Assembly (NCBI RefSeq): GCF_051656405.1
Contig: NZ_JBOGBV010000053.1
Location: forward strand, 13,479-77,478
Source: Paraclostridium sp.
Lineage (GTDB): Bacteria; Bacillota; Clostridia; Peptostreptococcales; Peptostreptococcaceae
Length of the DNA stretch: 64,000 nucleotides
Reading direction: 5' to 3'
In this document: positions 10,504 to 19,875 of the stretch, one piece after another
Numbering within the stretch: the first letter of the stretch is position 1
How the letters are laid out: every line of letters begins with the position of its first letter
Position numbers and translations under genes: made by a program
The notes under the pieces: generated by a model
Seen by the model: the letters and a program-made list of their open reading frames with translations, nothing else
What the model was told of the DNA's origin: nothing
Databases searched by the model: none

Positions 10504-11467
10504 ATAATTCAATATTTTGACCTATTTTTTTCTCTAAAGATTTTTTATAAATTTTATCAGCTACTACCATGTCAAACAGCCCCATTCCAACCGACTTGTA
10601 CAGAGTAGTTTTTTCTTTTAAGTTCACGTTATTATTTTCTTTGAAAAATTCTCCCATGTTCTTAATATCATCTGATTTTATCAATCCTTTTTGTATCGGT
10701 ACATATAAATCTCCACTTTCTTCCTTCGCAAAATCAGTGTCTACTACTACAAGATCTGCAATTTCAAGTAATGCATCTGGTAACTCTCTCATGTCAGGTT
10801 TATAAGAGCCTATTGCTATTATATGTTTTCCTCTAAACAATTCTTTATCTTCTTCTATAACTGGTTGGTATGAAGTTGTCGCTGTTACTATAACTTCACT
10901 TTTTTGAACTAATTCTCTAGAAGTTTCTACTATATGTATATTAATATTTTTTAATTCTTTCTCTAGTTCATTTTTTAAATTAACTGCTTTTTCTTTTGTT
11001 CTATTATATAAGTAAACATTCTCTATATTTCTTGCCTTACATGCATATATAATTTGATAAAACCCTTGAACTCCTGTACCTATCAATCCTATATTTTTCA
11101 CATCTGCTCTTGTTGTATGTCTAACTCCAACACCACCTACTGCTCCAGTTCTAATTGCTGTAAGTGTTTTCCCATCCATCATGCAAACAACTTCCCCTGT
11201 ATCTATATCATTCACTAACATAATTCCATCAATTATAGGTTTGTTTATTTTTGCATTATTAGGTGCCACTGTAAGTATTTTCGTACCAAATGATTCTTTC
11301 GTAAAACAAGGCATATATAAAGAAGTTAAATCATTATTCTCAACTTGTAATCTATCTGGCATATTATACTCATTGTTTACATACATTCTATATGCATCTT
11401 CTATAGCATCCATACACTCATCTAATGTTATAGACTTTATTATATCTTCACTATTTAAATAAATCAT
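10502..11467 (-). CDS. Ornithine cyclodeaminase / mu-crystallin family protein
   Basis: LTAIRTGA, Rossmann GTGVQG, AIGSYKPDMRELP, YKSVGMGLFD. Confidence 0.88.
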   Translation of the reverse strand: MIYLNSEDIIKSITLDECMDAIEDAYRMYVNNEYNMPDRLQVENNDLTSLYMPCFTKESFGTKILTVAPNNAKINKPIIDGIMLVNDIDTGEVVCMMDGKTLTAIRTGAVGGVGVRHTTRADVKNIGLIGTGVQGFYQIIYACKARNIENVYLYNRTKEKAVNLKNELEKELKNINIHIVETSRELVQKSEVIVTATTSYQPVIEEDKELFRGKHIIAIGSYKPDMRELPDALLEIADLVVVDTDFAKEESGDLYVPIQKGLIKSDDIKNMGEFFKENNNVNLKEKTTLYKSVGMGLFDMVVADKIYKKSLEKKIGQNIEL

Positions 11468-11572
11468 AAAAAATCTCCTTCCTAATTTTTATTTATATAA
11501 TTATATCATTTTAACAAACAAGAGTATATAAAACTATTTTTTGTTAGCTTTTATATACTCTTGTTTTAATTC

Positions 11573-13639
11573 TTATCCTATTTTTATATAATCTCCTGAT
11601 ACGTATCCGTATCCTCCATTATACTTTATCTTGTGCCATCCATTTTTACTTTCTACTATTTCTACTTTTGCTCCATTTGATAATGTCCCTATCTTTGAAT
11701 AACCTGATCCGTAACCACTTCTTACATTTAATGAAGTTGCTGTTACTACTCCTGTTTTTGTTGTAGATGGTGGGTTTGTTGTGCTCCCTCCTATTTTTAT
11801 ATAATCTCCTGATACGTATCCGTATCCTCCATTATATTTTATCTTGTGCCATCCATTTTTACTTTCTACTATTTCTACTTTTGCTCCATTTGATAATGTT
11901 CCTATTTTCGAATAGCTTGATCCGTAACCACTTCTTATATTTAATGAAGTTGCTGTTACTACTCCTGTATTTTTAACTGTTTCTCCTGGATTTGTTGGTG
12001 GTGTTGTACTTCCATCCACTTTTATATAATCTCCTGATACATATCCGTATCCTCCATTATACTTTATCTTGTGCCATCCATTTTTACTTTCTACTATCTC
12101 TACTTTTGCTCCATTTGATAATGTTCCTATCTTTGAATAGCTTGACCCATATCCACTTCTTACATTTAATGAAGTTGCTGTTACTACTCCTGTATTTTTA
12201 ACTGTTTCTCCTGGGTTTGTTGGAGGAGTTGTACTTCCATCCACTTTTATATAATCTCCTGATACGTATCCGTATCCTCCATTATACTTTATTTTATGCC
12301 ATCCATCTTTACTTTCTACTATCTCTACTTTTGCTCCATTTGATAATGTTCCTATCTTTGAATAGCTTGACCCATATCCACTTCTTACATTTAATGAAGT
12401 TGCTGTTACTACTCCTGTATTTTTAACTGTTTCTCCTGGATTTGTTGGTGGAGTTGTACTTTCATCTACTTTTATATAATCTCCTGATACGTATCCATAT
12501 CCTCCATTATATTTTATCTTGTACCATCCATCTTTACTTTCTACTATTTCTACTTTTGCTCCATTTGATATTGAACCTATAACTCCATAACTAGTTCCAT
12601 ACCCACTTCTTACATTTAATGAAGTTGCTGTTACTACTCCTGTTTTTGTTGTAGATGGTTGTTCTGGATCTACAGGTTTTTCTCCACTGCCATTTATTTC
12701 TATATTTTCTTTCAAGTATTTTTCTACTCCATTTGCAATTCCCGTAGCTAATTTATCTTGGTATGATGAACTTGCTAAATTTGCAGATTCATTTTGATTA
12801 GTTATAAACCCACTCTCAAATAAAGCTGCAGGCATATTAGTTTCTCTTAAAACAGCGAAGTTTGCACTTTTAACTCCTCTATTTCTAGCATTTGTCTCAC
12901 CTATTGCCTTAGTTTGAACATCTTGAGCATATGGTTTGTGATCACTTTTATTCGTATGATAGTATGTCTCTATACCATTTGCACTAGTTGCATCTGCAGA
13001 GTTTTGATGAATTGAAACAAATACATCAGGAACATAGCTGTTTGCCATCTTAGCTCTATCACCTAAAGATATAAATTCATCACTAGTTCTACTCATTTTT
13101 ACTTCTATACCCTTAGCTTCAAGTTTTTGTCTAACTTTATTTGCAACTTGTAAATTTAGTTCATCTTCATAGTTTCCATGTCCAACTGCCCCACTATCTT
13201 CTCCACCATGTCCAGGATCAACAAAAACTTTATAGTGATCTCTATCTACTTTTGGCATAGCAGCAAAGCTATATGCTCTTATCTTATTTTGAGGAACGTA
13301 TACTTCTAATATATGTACCTTGTCATCTATCTTCTGGCTTAAAAATACAGTCCCTGAATTTACAGGCGTTACAATTCCATCTTCACTTATTTTAACTGTA
13401 TCATTATCTGACATCTCCCAATTAGGATTTTTTGATAAATTTAGAGTTTCTCCTTTTCTTAAAGATACCCCATCATCTACTACGACTTCTTCATTTTTAT
13501 GTTTATCCATAACCGCTGAAAACTCAGCTTCTACATTTTCATTAGCACTTACAGGAACTATACTTCCAACTGCTGTTGTTGCTGATATTATTCCGAATGT
13601 TACAATATATTTTATAAGTTTTCTATTTCTTCTACTCAA
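11573..13639 (-). CDS. Secreted N-acetylmuramoyl-L-alanine amidase (Amidase_3) with five C-terminal SH3b domains
   Basis: Signal peptide; DPGHGG, E, SIHQN and FESGF zinc-amidase motifs; five LN(V/I)RSGYG...GYVSGDY repeats. Confidence 0.92.
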   Translation of the reverse strand: MSRRNRKLIKYIVTFGIISATTAVGSIVPVSANENVEAEFSAVMDKHKNEEVVVDDGVSLRKGETLNLSKNPNWEMSDNDTVKISEDGIVTPVNSGTVFLSQKIDDKVHILEVYVPQNKIRAYSFAAMPKVDRDHYKVFVDPGHGGEDSGAVGHGNYEDELNLQVANKVRQKLEAKGIEVKMSRTSDEFISLGDRAKMANSYVPDVFVSIHQNSADATSANGIETYYHTNKSDHKPYAQDVQTKAIGETNARNRGVKSANFAVLRETNMPAALFESGFITNQNESANLASSSYQDKLATGIANGVEKYLKENIEINGSGEKPVDPEQPSTTKTGVVTATSLNVRSGYGTSYGVIGSISNGAKVEIVESKDGWYKIKYNGGYGYVSGDYIKVDESTTPPTNPGETVKNTGVVTATSLNVRSGYGSSYSKIGTLSNGAKVEIVESKDGWHKIKYNGGYGYVSGDYIKVDGSTTPPTNPGETVKNTGVVTATSLNVRSGYGSSYSKIGTLSNGAKVEIVESKNGWHKIKYNGGYGYVSGDYIKVDGSTTPPTNPGETVKNTGVVTATSLNIRSGYGSSYSKIGTLSNGAKVEIVESKNGWHKIKYNGGYGYVSGDYIKIGGSTTNPPSTTKTGVVTATSLNVRSGYGSGYSKIGTLSNGAKVEIVESKNGWHKIKYNGGYGYVSGDYIKIG
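11585..12650 (-). repeat. Five near-identical SH3b-coding tandem repeats (spacings 213, 225, 225, 225 bp)
   Basis: TATATAATCTCCTGATAC recurs at 11585, 11798, 12023, 12248 and 12473. Confidence 0.9.
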
Positions 13640-13802
13640 TTTTACGTCTCCTCTATAATTAACATTTTGCTATCTCACATTGTTTATACGGATATATTCT
13701 AACATATTTTATACATTTTTTACAATATTTTGCATTTTTTGTCAATTAGTCAACAACAAAAAAGTATCAATTATATTTTAATGTAATTGATACTTTTCAT
13801 TT

Positions 13803-14477
13803 TTAATTATTAATAATGTTCACTAATTTTTTTAATTTTACTTTATCAATTTCTCCAAACGGATTTTTATCAACTCTAACTGCTGTTCCAAAGTGGAAAT
13901 TTTTGTTATTTGTTAACTTTTTTATTTGCTCTATATTTTCAAAATTTAAGCCGCCTCCTAATAATACCTTTGCATGCTTAGATTTATTTTTCAAAGTATT
14001 TATATAGTCAATATTATCTATTATCTTTCCTTTACCTCCAGATGTTAAGATATTTGTAATTTCATTATGTCTATTTATCACATCTATAGAATTGAGTAAA
14101 TTTGTTTCATCTATCGCTCTATGAAATGTAATTTCTAATCCTTTAGAAGCACTTATTATAGTTTTTAGCTGATTTTCTTGTATATTATTTTGTTCATCTA
14201 ACATTCCAATAACTATACCATTGGCTCCTAGTTCTTTTACTTTTTCGATGTCTTTTAGCATGATACCTATATCTGAATCACTATACATAAAGCTTTTAGC
14301 ATGATGTCTTATCATCACATTTACTGGTATATTTACACTTTTTATAACTTCATCTATTAACCCAAAACTTGGTGTAAGTCCACCTTCTGTAAGAGCACTT
14401 ACAAGTTCAATTCTATTTGCTCCACATTCTTCAATACTTATAGCATCTTCTACGCTCATAGCTATAATTTCTAGCAT
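13803..14477 (-). CDS. cutC: CutC-family TIM-barrel ('copper homeostasis') protein
   Basis: GANRIEL, EGGLTPS, VMIR, TFHRAID, ILTSGG; overlaps the upstream gene's stop. Confidence 0.9.
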   Translation of the reverse strand: MLEIIAMSVEDAISIEECGANRIELVSALTEGGLTPSFGLIDEVIKSVNIPVNVMIRHHAKSFMYSDSDIGIMLKDIEKVKELGANGIVIGMLDEQNNIQENQLKTIISASKGLEITFHRAIDETNLLNSIDVINRHNEITNILTSGGKGKIIDNIDYINTLKNKSKHAKVLLGGGLNFENIEQIKKLTNNKNFHFGTAVRVDKNPFGEIDKVKLKKLVNIINN

Positions 14478-15499
14478 TGCTCCTCCTTATCTAATTTACA
14501 AATTATATCTGCAAATATTTTAGTATTTAATATAATATCATCTATAGTCATAGATTCATCACTAATATAAGCTATTTCATTTTTCACATTATTACCAACG
14601 TTAAATTCAATAGCTATTTTTCCTTTTTCAAAATTTAAGTTATCTAAATTTAACTGTTTTTTTGAATTTTCATTAGTAAACAATTCTTTTTTTTCATAAA
14701 AATATTTATTTATTAATAAAAAACATTTATTTAGTTTTTTATGTTCAATAAAATTTTCTTCTACTAAATAGTTTACTAAATTGATTATAACATTATTTCC
14801 ATATATACCAGTTTTAGCAATATCACTATTTATAAAAGATTTTATAATTACATGATTTTCATTTATTTTAATATTTATATTTTTATATGTACTTATAATT
14901 CCTTCTTCGGAATTTGCCTTATTTTCTAAATAACATATTATATCCTCATATATGTATTCTTTAGGAACTTCAATACAGCAATATTTGATATTTTTATCTA
15001 TTACTAAATCTTGGTGAATTCTTATATTTTCTATATCTAAATAATTTTGTATAGTAAATTTACCAATTATTTTGTCTCCGTATACTACAGGGTATTTACA
15101 ATCTGATTCAAATGTCTCTATAGTCGACTTCTCTTTTCTCAAGTAATTTTTAATATGTTTAAATCCAGATTCACCATTCATTGCAAATATTATCCTAACT
15201 TTTCTATTCAATTTAATTTTAGATTTTTCTATAGTTTTTAGTGCATATAATGAACTTATTATTGAATGTTTATTATTCAATACGCCTATTACAAATATGT
15301 AATCATCTCCGATTCCATATTCAGCATATCCAATATCTCCATCAATATTTTCAGTTTTAAACCCTAGCTTTTTAGCAATTTCCAATGTTTCTTCTAATGT
15401 CATACCTACTTCTTTCTCAAAAGTATTTTTCTCACTCTCTATAATATCATTTATCAAGTCTCTTTTTAATTCTTTTATTTTATCATCCAGGATATTCAT
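14471..15499 (-). CDS. Degenerate PepV/Sapep-like M20 dipeptidase lacking metal ligands (pseudoenzyme or decaying gene)
   Basis: PepV-like scaffold (LGFKTENIDGDIGYAEYG, RKVRIIF, DCKYPVVYGDK) but HLD reads VLN, DDKGP is missing, NEE reads NGE and the C-terminal His is lost; probable start MNILDD at 15499. Confidence 0.7.
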   Translation of the reverse strand: MNILDDKIKELKRDLINDIIESEKNTFEKEVGMTLEETLEIAKKLGFKTENIDGDIGYAEYGIGDDYIFVIGVLNNKHSIISSLYALKTIEKSKIKLNRKVRIIFAMNGESGFKHIKNYLRKEKSTIETFESDCKYPVVYGDKIIGKFTIQNYLDIENIRIHQDLVIDKNIKYCCIEVPKEYIYEDIICYLENKANSEEGIISTYKNINIKINENHVIIKSFINSDIAKTGIYGNNVIINLVNYLVEENFIEHKKLNKCFLLINKYFYEKKELFTNENSKKQLNLDNLNFEKGKIAIEFNVGNNVKNEIAYISDESMTIDDIILNTKIFADIICKLDKEEQC

Positions 15500-16469
15500 A
15501 AAATTCCTCAATTCTTATTTGTTCTATAGGTGCTTTTATTCTTAAAGAGTATGCATCTAACCATTCTTTTGATGCTACTTTGTGAACACTCTTCCCGTTG
15601 ATACGACTACTTAAATATACTGTTGGCTTATGATATTGAGTTGCAATAGAAAAACTAAAACTATCTATATTTGTTGCCACTCCCCATTCACCTTTATTAT
15701 TCATAGCAACTACTGATAAATCTCCAGCTTTCCCTCGTCTATTTAGAAGTTTTGTATCTAGTTCAAAAATAGCTTTATCACAAGCTTCTTGTGGACTCAA
15801 CCCACTTTTCATTAGTCTAACTATTTCATAAGATATACAGCCTTTCATAAGATCTTCTCCTAAACCTGTCGCGGTTGCTCCTCCGATTTCACTATCTACA
15901 TAAAATCCAGAGCCAGATAATGGAGAATCTCCTACTCTTCCATTTTTTTTCATAAATAATCCACTAGTCGATGTTCCTGCACACATTTTACCATTACAAT
16001 CTAGAGATACCATTCCAACCGTATCATGGCCTATATATGGACTTAATCCTTTTTCTAATATTTCTCTTTTTCTTTTATTATAATGTTTTTTAGCTCTTTC
16101 ACTTAACATATATTTTCTTTCAAATCCATTTTTGTGAGCATATTCTTCTGCTCCTATTCCTATTAAAAAACAGTTTACTTTTTCACTACTTAACTTTCTA
16201 GCTATTGATATCGGATTTGCAAAATTTTTCATTCCAGCAATAGCCCCAATAGATAATGTGTTTCCATCCATATATGCTGCGTCTAACTCTACTTCACAAT
16301 TTTCATTAGGAAGACCCCCATATCCTACTGACTTGTAAAATGGATAGTCTTCTACTATTTTTATAGCGCTTTCAATTGCATCTCCTGCATCTATTCCTTT
16401 ACTTAAAGCTTGAGCACTTTCATCAATTCCCTCAATTGCCGTTCTCCAAGTAGCTATTATCCCCCACAT
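15483..16469 (-). CDS. N(4)-(beta-N-acetylglucosaminyl)-L-asparaginase (Ntn hydrolase)
   Basis: SVGYGGLPN, ELDAAYMDG, autocleavage site GHD/TVG, GTSTSG, GRVGDSP, ATGLGE; start MWGII at 16469 with GGAGGG RBS. Confidence 0.9.
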   Translation of the reverse strand: MWGIIATWRTAIEGIDESAQALSKGIDAGDAIESAIKIVEDYPFYKSVGYGGLPNENCEVELDAAYMDGNTLSIGAIAGMKNFANPISIARKLSSEKVNCFLIGIGAEEYAHKNGFERKYMLSERAKKHYNKRKREILEKGLSPYIGHDTVGMVSLDCNGKMCAGTSTSGLFMKKNGRVGDSPLSGSGFYVDSEIGGATATGLGEDLMKGCISYEIVRLMKSGLSPQEACDKAIFELDTKLLNRRGKAGDLSVVAMNNKGEWGVATNIDSFSFSIATQYHKPTVYLSSRINGKSVHKVASKEWLDAYSLRIKAPIEQIRIEEFYEYPG

Positions 16470-16491
16470 TATTAATCCCTCCATATTTTTA

Positions 16492-16522
16492 ATAAAAGCC
16501 TTGGTTTCCCAAGGCTTTTATT
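16492..16522 (-). terminator. Intrinsic terminator between PTS IIB and the asparaginase
   Basis: ATAAAAGCCTTGG-TTTC-CCAAGGCTTTTAT. Confidence 0.7.
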
Positions 16523-16599
16523 TTTAGACTAAAACTTCTAATTTTAATATATTTACTTTATTTTTAACCCACTTATATTCCCTTGAATTTATGCTATGA

Positions 16600-16926
16600 T
16601 TATTTAGCTTGGCGAGCTTTTATCATCTTTATAGCTGTCTTTAAAACTTTCTCTCCATTCATAGCTCCATAATCAAGACTATTTATAACATCTACTGGAG
16701 TTTTTGCATCAAATTTTTCTTGAACTTCTTTTAGCATAAATTTAACTTGAGGCCCAAGTAGTATGCAGTCCGGATTTTTTTGTTCTACTATTTTGTCTAT
16801 ATCAGCATATGGAAATGCTTCTACCTCTATTGGTAAATTATGTTGATTGGCAACATTTTGCATTTTACTTGCTAATAAACTTGTTGACATCCCTGCACTA
16901 CAAAATAAGTATATTTTTTTATTCAT
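16600..16926 (-). CDS. PTS lactose/cellobiose/chitobiose-family EIIB
   Basis: CSAGMSTS phosphorylation loop, LLGPQV. Confidence 0.92.
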   Translation of the reverse strand: MNKKIYLFCSAGMSTSLLASKMQNVANQHNLPIEVEAFPYADIDKIVEQKNPDCILLGPQVKFMLKEVQEKFDAKTPVDVINSLDYGAMNGEKVLKTAIKMIKARQAK

Positions 16927-16975
16927 TTTAATTTCCTCCTAAAAGTCTAATATATTTTTATTTTAATATTGTTAA

Positions 16976-17290
16976 TTACTTATTTAATTTAAGCTCTTTT
17001 CTTAAGTCTATAATTTCTTTTACTAAATTTCTCTCACTTAAACATGTCATTAAATGATCTTGTGAGTGAATTAAAAGCATGCTTATTTCGACATTTTTCC
17101 CATCAGCATCTTTGTTTATTAAACTAGTTTGAATTTTTTGAGCTTCTAAAATTTCTTCATTTGCACTTTCCATATATTCATCGCTTTTTTTAAAGTCGCC
17201 TTTTTTAGCACAATGTAAAGCTTCATATATATGTGATTTAGCATTTCCTGCATGAATTATAACCTTTAGTATTTTATCTTGATAATTCAT
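16976..17290 (-). CDS. PTS lactose/cellobiose-family EIIA
   Basis: HAGNAKS, IHSQDHLM. Confidence 0.92.
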   Translation of the reverse strand: MNYQDKILKVIIHAGNAKSHIYEALHCAKKGDFKKSDEYMESANEEILEAQKIQTSLINKDADGKNVEISMLLIHSQDHLMTCLSERNLVKEIIDLRKELKLNK

Positions 17291-17322
17291 ATTTTCACCA
17301 CCTTACTAAGGTCTTTTGTTTG

Positions 17323-17338
17323 TTGTTAACGTTTTCTT
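17323..17338 (-). promoter_or_regulatory. cre (CcpA)-like site upstream of the PTS IIA-IIB genes
   Basis: AAGAAAACGTTAACAA on the minus strand; 2 mismatches to the clostridial cre RRGAAAANGTTTTCWW. Confidence 0.55.
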
Positions 17339-17642
17339 TAACTATATTTTACAATAGACTTTTAAAAAAGGAAATAGTAAATTGTATTTTTTTAAAAAAA
17401 TTTTACAATTAATTTTTATTTTACATTTTATTTCTTATTTTCAGTTTATTTTTCAAGGGTTTTTTCTATTTTTGTCTTAATTACTAGGGTTATATATATA
17501 TTATAGCGTATTTTGCATTTATGTAAAAAAAAATTTCTTTATTAATTTATATTTTTTCAATTAGTTTCAAACTGTATGTCTATTGCATATAGATATAATG
17601 ATAGGGTATGCCTATTAATTAAAATATATATGAGGTGTTTTT

Positions 17643-18548
17643 ATGCAAAAAAAATATGACTGCAACTTTTGTAAACAAAAAAAATGTACATCGGAATATT
17701 GTGAATGTGACAATTGTAACCTAAACAAAAGTTCCTCAAATTTATTTGAACTTGAAACTTATGATTGTGACAACTATCCAGACAAAAACTATAATTGTAA
17801 CACTTGCCAAAGTAACACTTTAAATTGCGATGAAAGCCAAATGTTTTTTTATTATGCTTGTGATTTAGATTTATATAAAAATTTGGTTGGATGCGTAGGT
17901 AGAATACTTGGTTTTAAACTTTCTAATAGCGATTGTATTTTAAGGTTAAAAGTAAAAAAAATTACTCCATGTAGTATATATGGAACTACACCTTCAGGAA
18001 AAGGTCCTATATGTATAAAATTATCAGCTATTGACTATGTTGATTTTGGTAAAGAAGTATATGTTAATCCATTGTGTAATATAAATAAGTCTGAAATATT
18101 AACATTACCTAGCACTCAAGGTCCTAAGGGCGATACCGGTGCTACTGGTCCTCAAGGTCCTAAGGGTGACACTGGTGCTGCTGGTCCTCAAGGTCCTAAG
18201 GGTGACACTGGTGCTGCTGGTCCTCAAGGTCCTAAAGGGGATACTGGTGCTGCTGGTCCTCAAGGCCCTAAAGGTGACACTGGTGCTGCTGGTCCTCAAG
18301 GCCCTAAAGGTGACACTGGTGCTACTGGTTCTCAAGGTCCTAAAGGTAGCACTGGTGCTGCTGGTTCTCAAGGTCCTCAGGGTGATAAGGGTTCTACTGG
18401 AACTTCCGGTTCTCAAGGTCCTAAGGGTGATACTGGTGCTGTTGGTCCCCAAGGCCCTAAGGGTGAATCTGTAGAAGTTCCTAATAAGGTTAATCCTGTA
18501 CCTTACAAACCTAACAAGAAAAAAATAGCTCCATCCAGCAAAAAATAA
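17643..18548 (+). CDS. Cys-rich, collagen-like protein; probable spore exosporium/coat protein
   Basis: Cys-dense N-terminal ~150 aa, 39 contiguous Gly-X-Y triplets, basic tail, no signal peptide; GAGGTG RBS. Confidence 0.75.
   Translation: MQKKYDCNFCKQKKCTSEYCECDNCNLNKSSSNLFELETYDCDNYPDKNYNCNTCQSNTLNCDESQMFFYYACDLDLYKNLVGCVGRILGFKLSNSDCILRLKVKKITPCSIYGTTPSGKGPICIKLSAIDYVDFGKEVYVNPLCNINKSEILTLPSTQGPKGDTGATGPQGPKGDTGAAGPQGPKGDTGAAGPQGPKGDTGAAGPQGPKGDTGAAGPQGPKGDTGATGSQGPKGSTGAAGSQGPQGDKGSTGTSGSQGPKGDTGAVGPQGPKGESVEVPNKVNPVPYKPNKKKIAPSSKK
18120..18470 (+). repeat. Collagen-coding tandem repeat with a 36-bp unit ([12 protein letters not shown])
   Basis: GGTCCTCAAGGTCCTAAGGGTGACACTGGTGCTGCT and variants. 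Confidence 0.95.
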
Positions 18549-18556
18549 TCTTACAC

Positions 18557-18612
18557 AAAATGATAAAAAATAAAAGCGCTTATTAATAAGCGCTTTTATT
18601 TTTTATCATTTT
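18557..18612. terminator. 56-bp perfect palindrome; bidirectional terminator
   Basis: AAAATGATAAAAAATAAAAGCGCTTATT|AATAAGCGCTTTTATTTTTTATCATTTT between convergent genes. Confidence 0.85.
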
Positions 18613-18932
18613 TCTAACTTACTATATATAAATTCATACATATCAATAAATTCTTTAGCTAATTGTAAAAAATTCATAGTTGTCATTAAATGGTCTTGAG
18701 AGTGAACTAATACAACTCCCATTTCAGTTTTTTCTCCGCTAGCCTCTGCTTGAATTAACTCAGTTTGGAATCTATGAGCCTTAGTTAATGTTTCATTAGC
18801 TTCTTTTAATAACTCTCTTGCCTTTTCAAAATTTCCTAATTTAGCTTCACCTAACGCTTCATGTGCTGTACTTTTAGCATCTCCCGCATGACCTATTATA
18901 CCAAATGATATTTCAAAAATTTTTTCATTCAT
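18606..18932 (-). CDS. Second PTS lactose/cellobiose/chitobiose-family EIIA
   Basis: HAGDAKS, AHRFQT, VHSQDHLM. Confidence 0.92.
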   Translation of the reverse strand: MNEKIFEISFGIIGHAGDAKSTAHEALGEAKLGNFEKARELLKEANETLTKAHRFQTELIQAEASGEKTEMGVVLVHSQDHLMTTMNFLQLAKEFIDMYEFIYSKLEK

Positions 18933-18934
18933 AA

Positions 18935-19684
18935 TTAAATACCTTCACTTTCCCCTATATTGTTATAATTAATTAAGTTTATATTATTATCTTCAAAAAA
19001 CTGTTTTAGTTCAAATGAAGTTAATATTTCATGTTCTAATGTTCGTTGTATAGAATATGAGGTTGATTTTGATAAAAAAGCATCTACAAATGCAGGATGG
19101 CTCATTATATCCACAACTTTAAATTTTTTTATATCGTCAATGTTATTATTAAAATAATCATCACTTATATTATCCCCATAAAAACTATCTATAAGCGGAA
19201 CTACTTTATCATAACTAATTTCATATTCAAATCCACCTCGTATAGGCAAATTATACTTTTTTAATATTTTCTCAATTACTGGTCTAAACTCTTCAAGTGT
19301 ATGTATATGATGATGACTATCTAAATGACTTATTTTAACTCCAGCACCTATAGCTTTATCTATTTGTGAGCAAAGTTCTAGATATACCTCATCTAAATCA
19401 AATTCCATAGCCTTTTCTTTTGTTATTCTCCTAAAGAAGTATCCACTTTCATCTACCAAAGTTTTATGTGTATCTAAAACCGGTTTATAACAACTCAAAG
19501 TCATATGAACTCCACAGCCAAGCCCTCTGTTTTCATTTAAAAGCTTCACAGCTTGATTAAAACCAGGCATACCCGCCATTATACTACAAGAAGTTACAAC
19601 GCCATTTTTATAGGCTGAAATAATACCCTGATTTACACCTTCACAGTAGCCAAAATCATCTGCATTTATTATTATATTTGTCAC
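18935..19684 (-). CDS. chbG: ChbG/YdjC-family carbohydrate deacetylase
   Basis: NADDFG, GVH, HLDSHHH, MSHP. Confidence 0.88.
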   Translation of the reverse strand: MTNIIINADDFGYCEGVNQGIISAYKNGVVTSCSIMAGMPGFNQAVKLLNENRGLGCGVHMTLSCYKPVLDTHKTLVDESGYFFRRITKEKAMEFDLDEVYLELCSQIDKAIGAGVKISHLDSHHHIHTLEEFRPVIEKILKKYNLPIRGGFEYEISYDKVVPLIDSFYGDNISDDYFNNNIDDIKKFKVVDIMSHPAFVDAFLSKSTSYSIQRTLEHEILTSFELKQFFEDNNINLINYNNIGESEGI

Positions 19685-19716
19685 AAATACCCCTCTCCCC
19701 TCTTTCGCTTCCTCCG

Positions 19717-19730
19717 GTAAAACGTTTACA
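19717..19730. promoter_or_regulatory. cre/LacI-type site upstream of chbG
   Basis: GTAAAACGTTTACA with central CG. Confidence 0.5.
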
Positions 19731-19875
19731 TATTTAAAATAACATTTTCATATACAAAAATCAATATTATTTTTAAATTTTATTTTTAATTTTATTTTAA
19801 ATTTTATTTACTTTTAGTATTCAAAGTCTATTTCAGCCTATAATTATACAAACTACTACTTAATAATTTTTGAAA

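Noticed and set aside
11585-18470. Tandem repeats as CRISPR arrays
   Set aside because: Both repeat tracts are in-frame coding repeats without unique spacers; no cas genes
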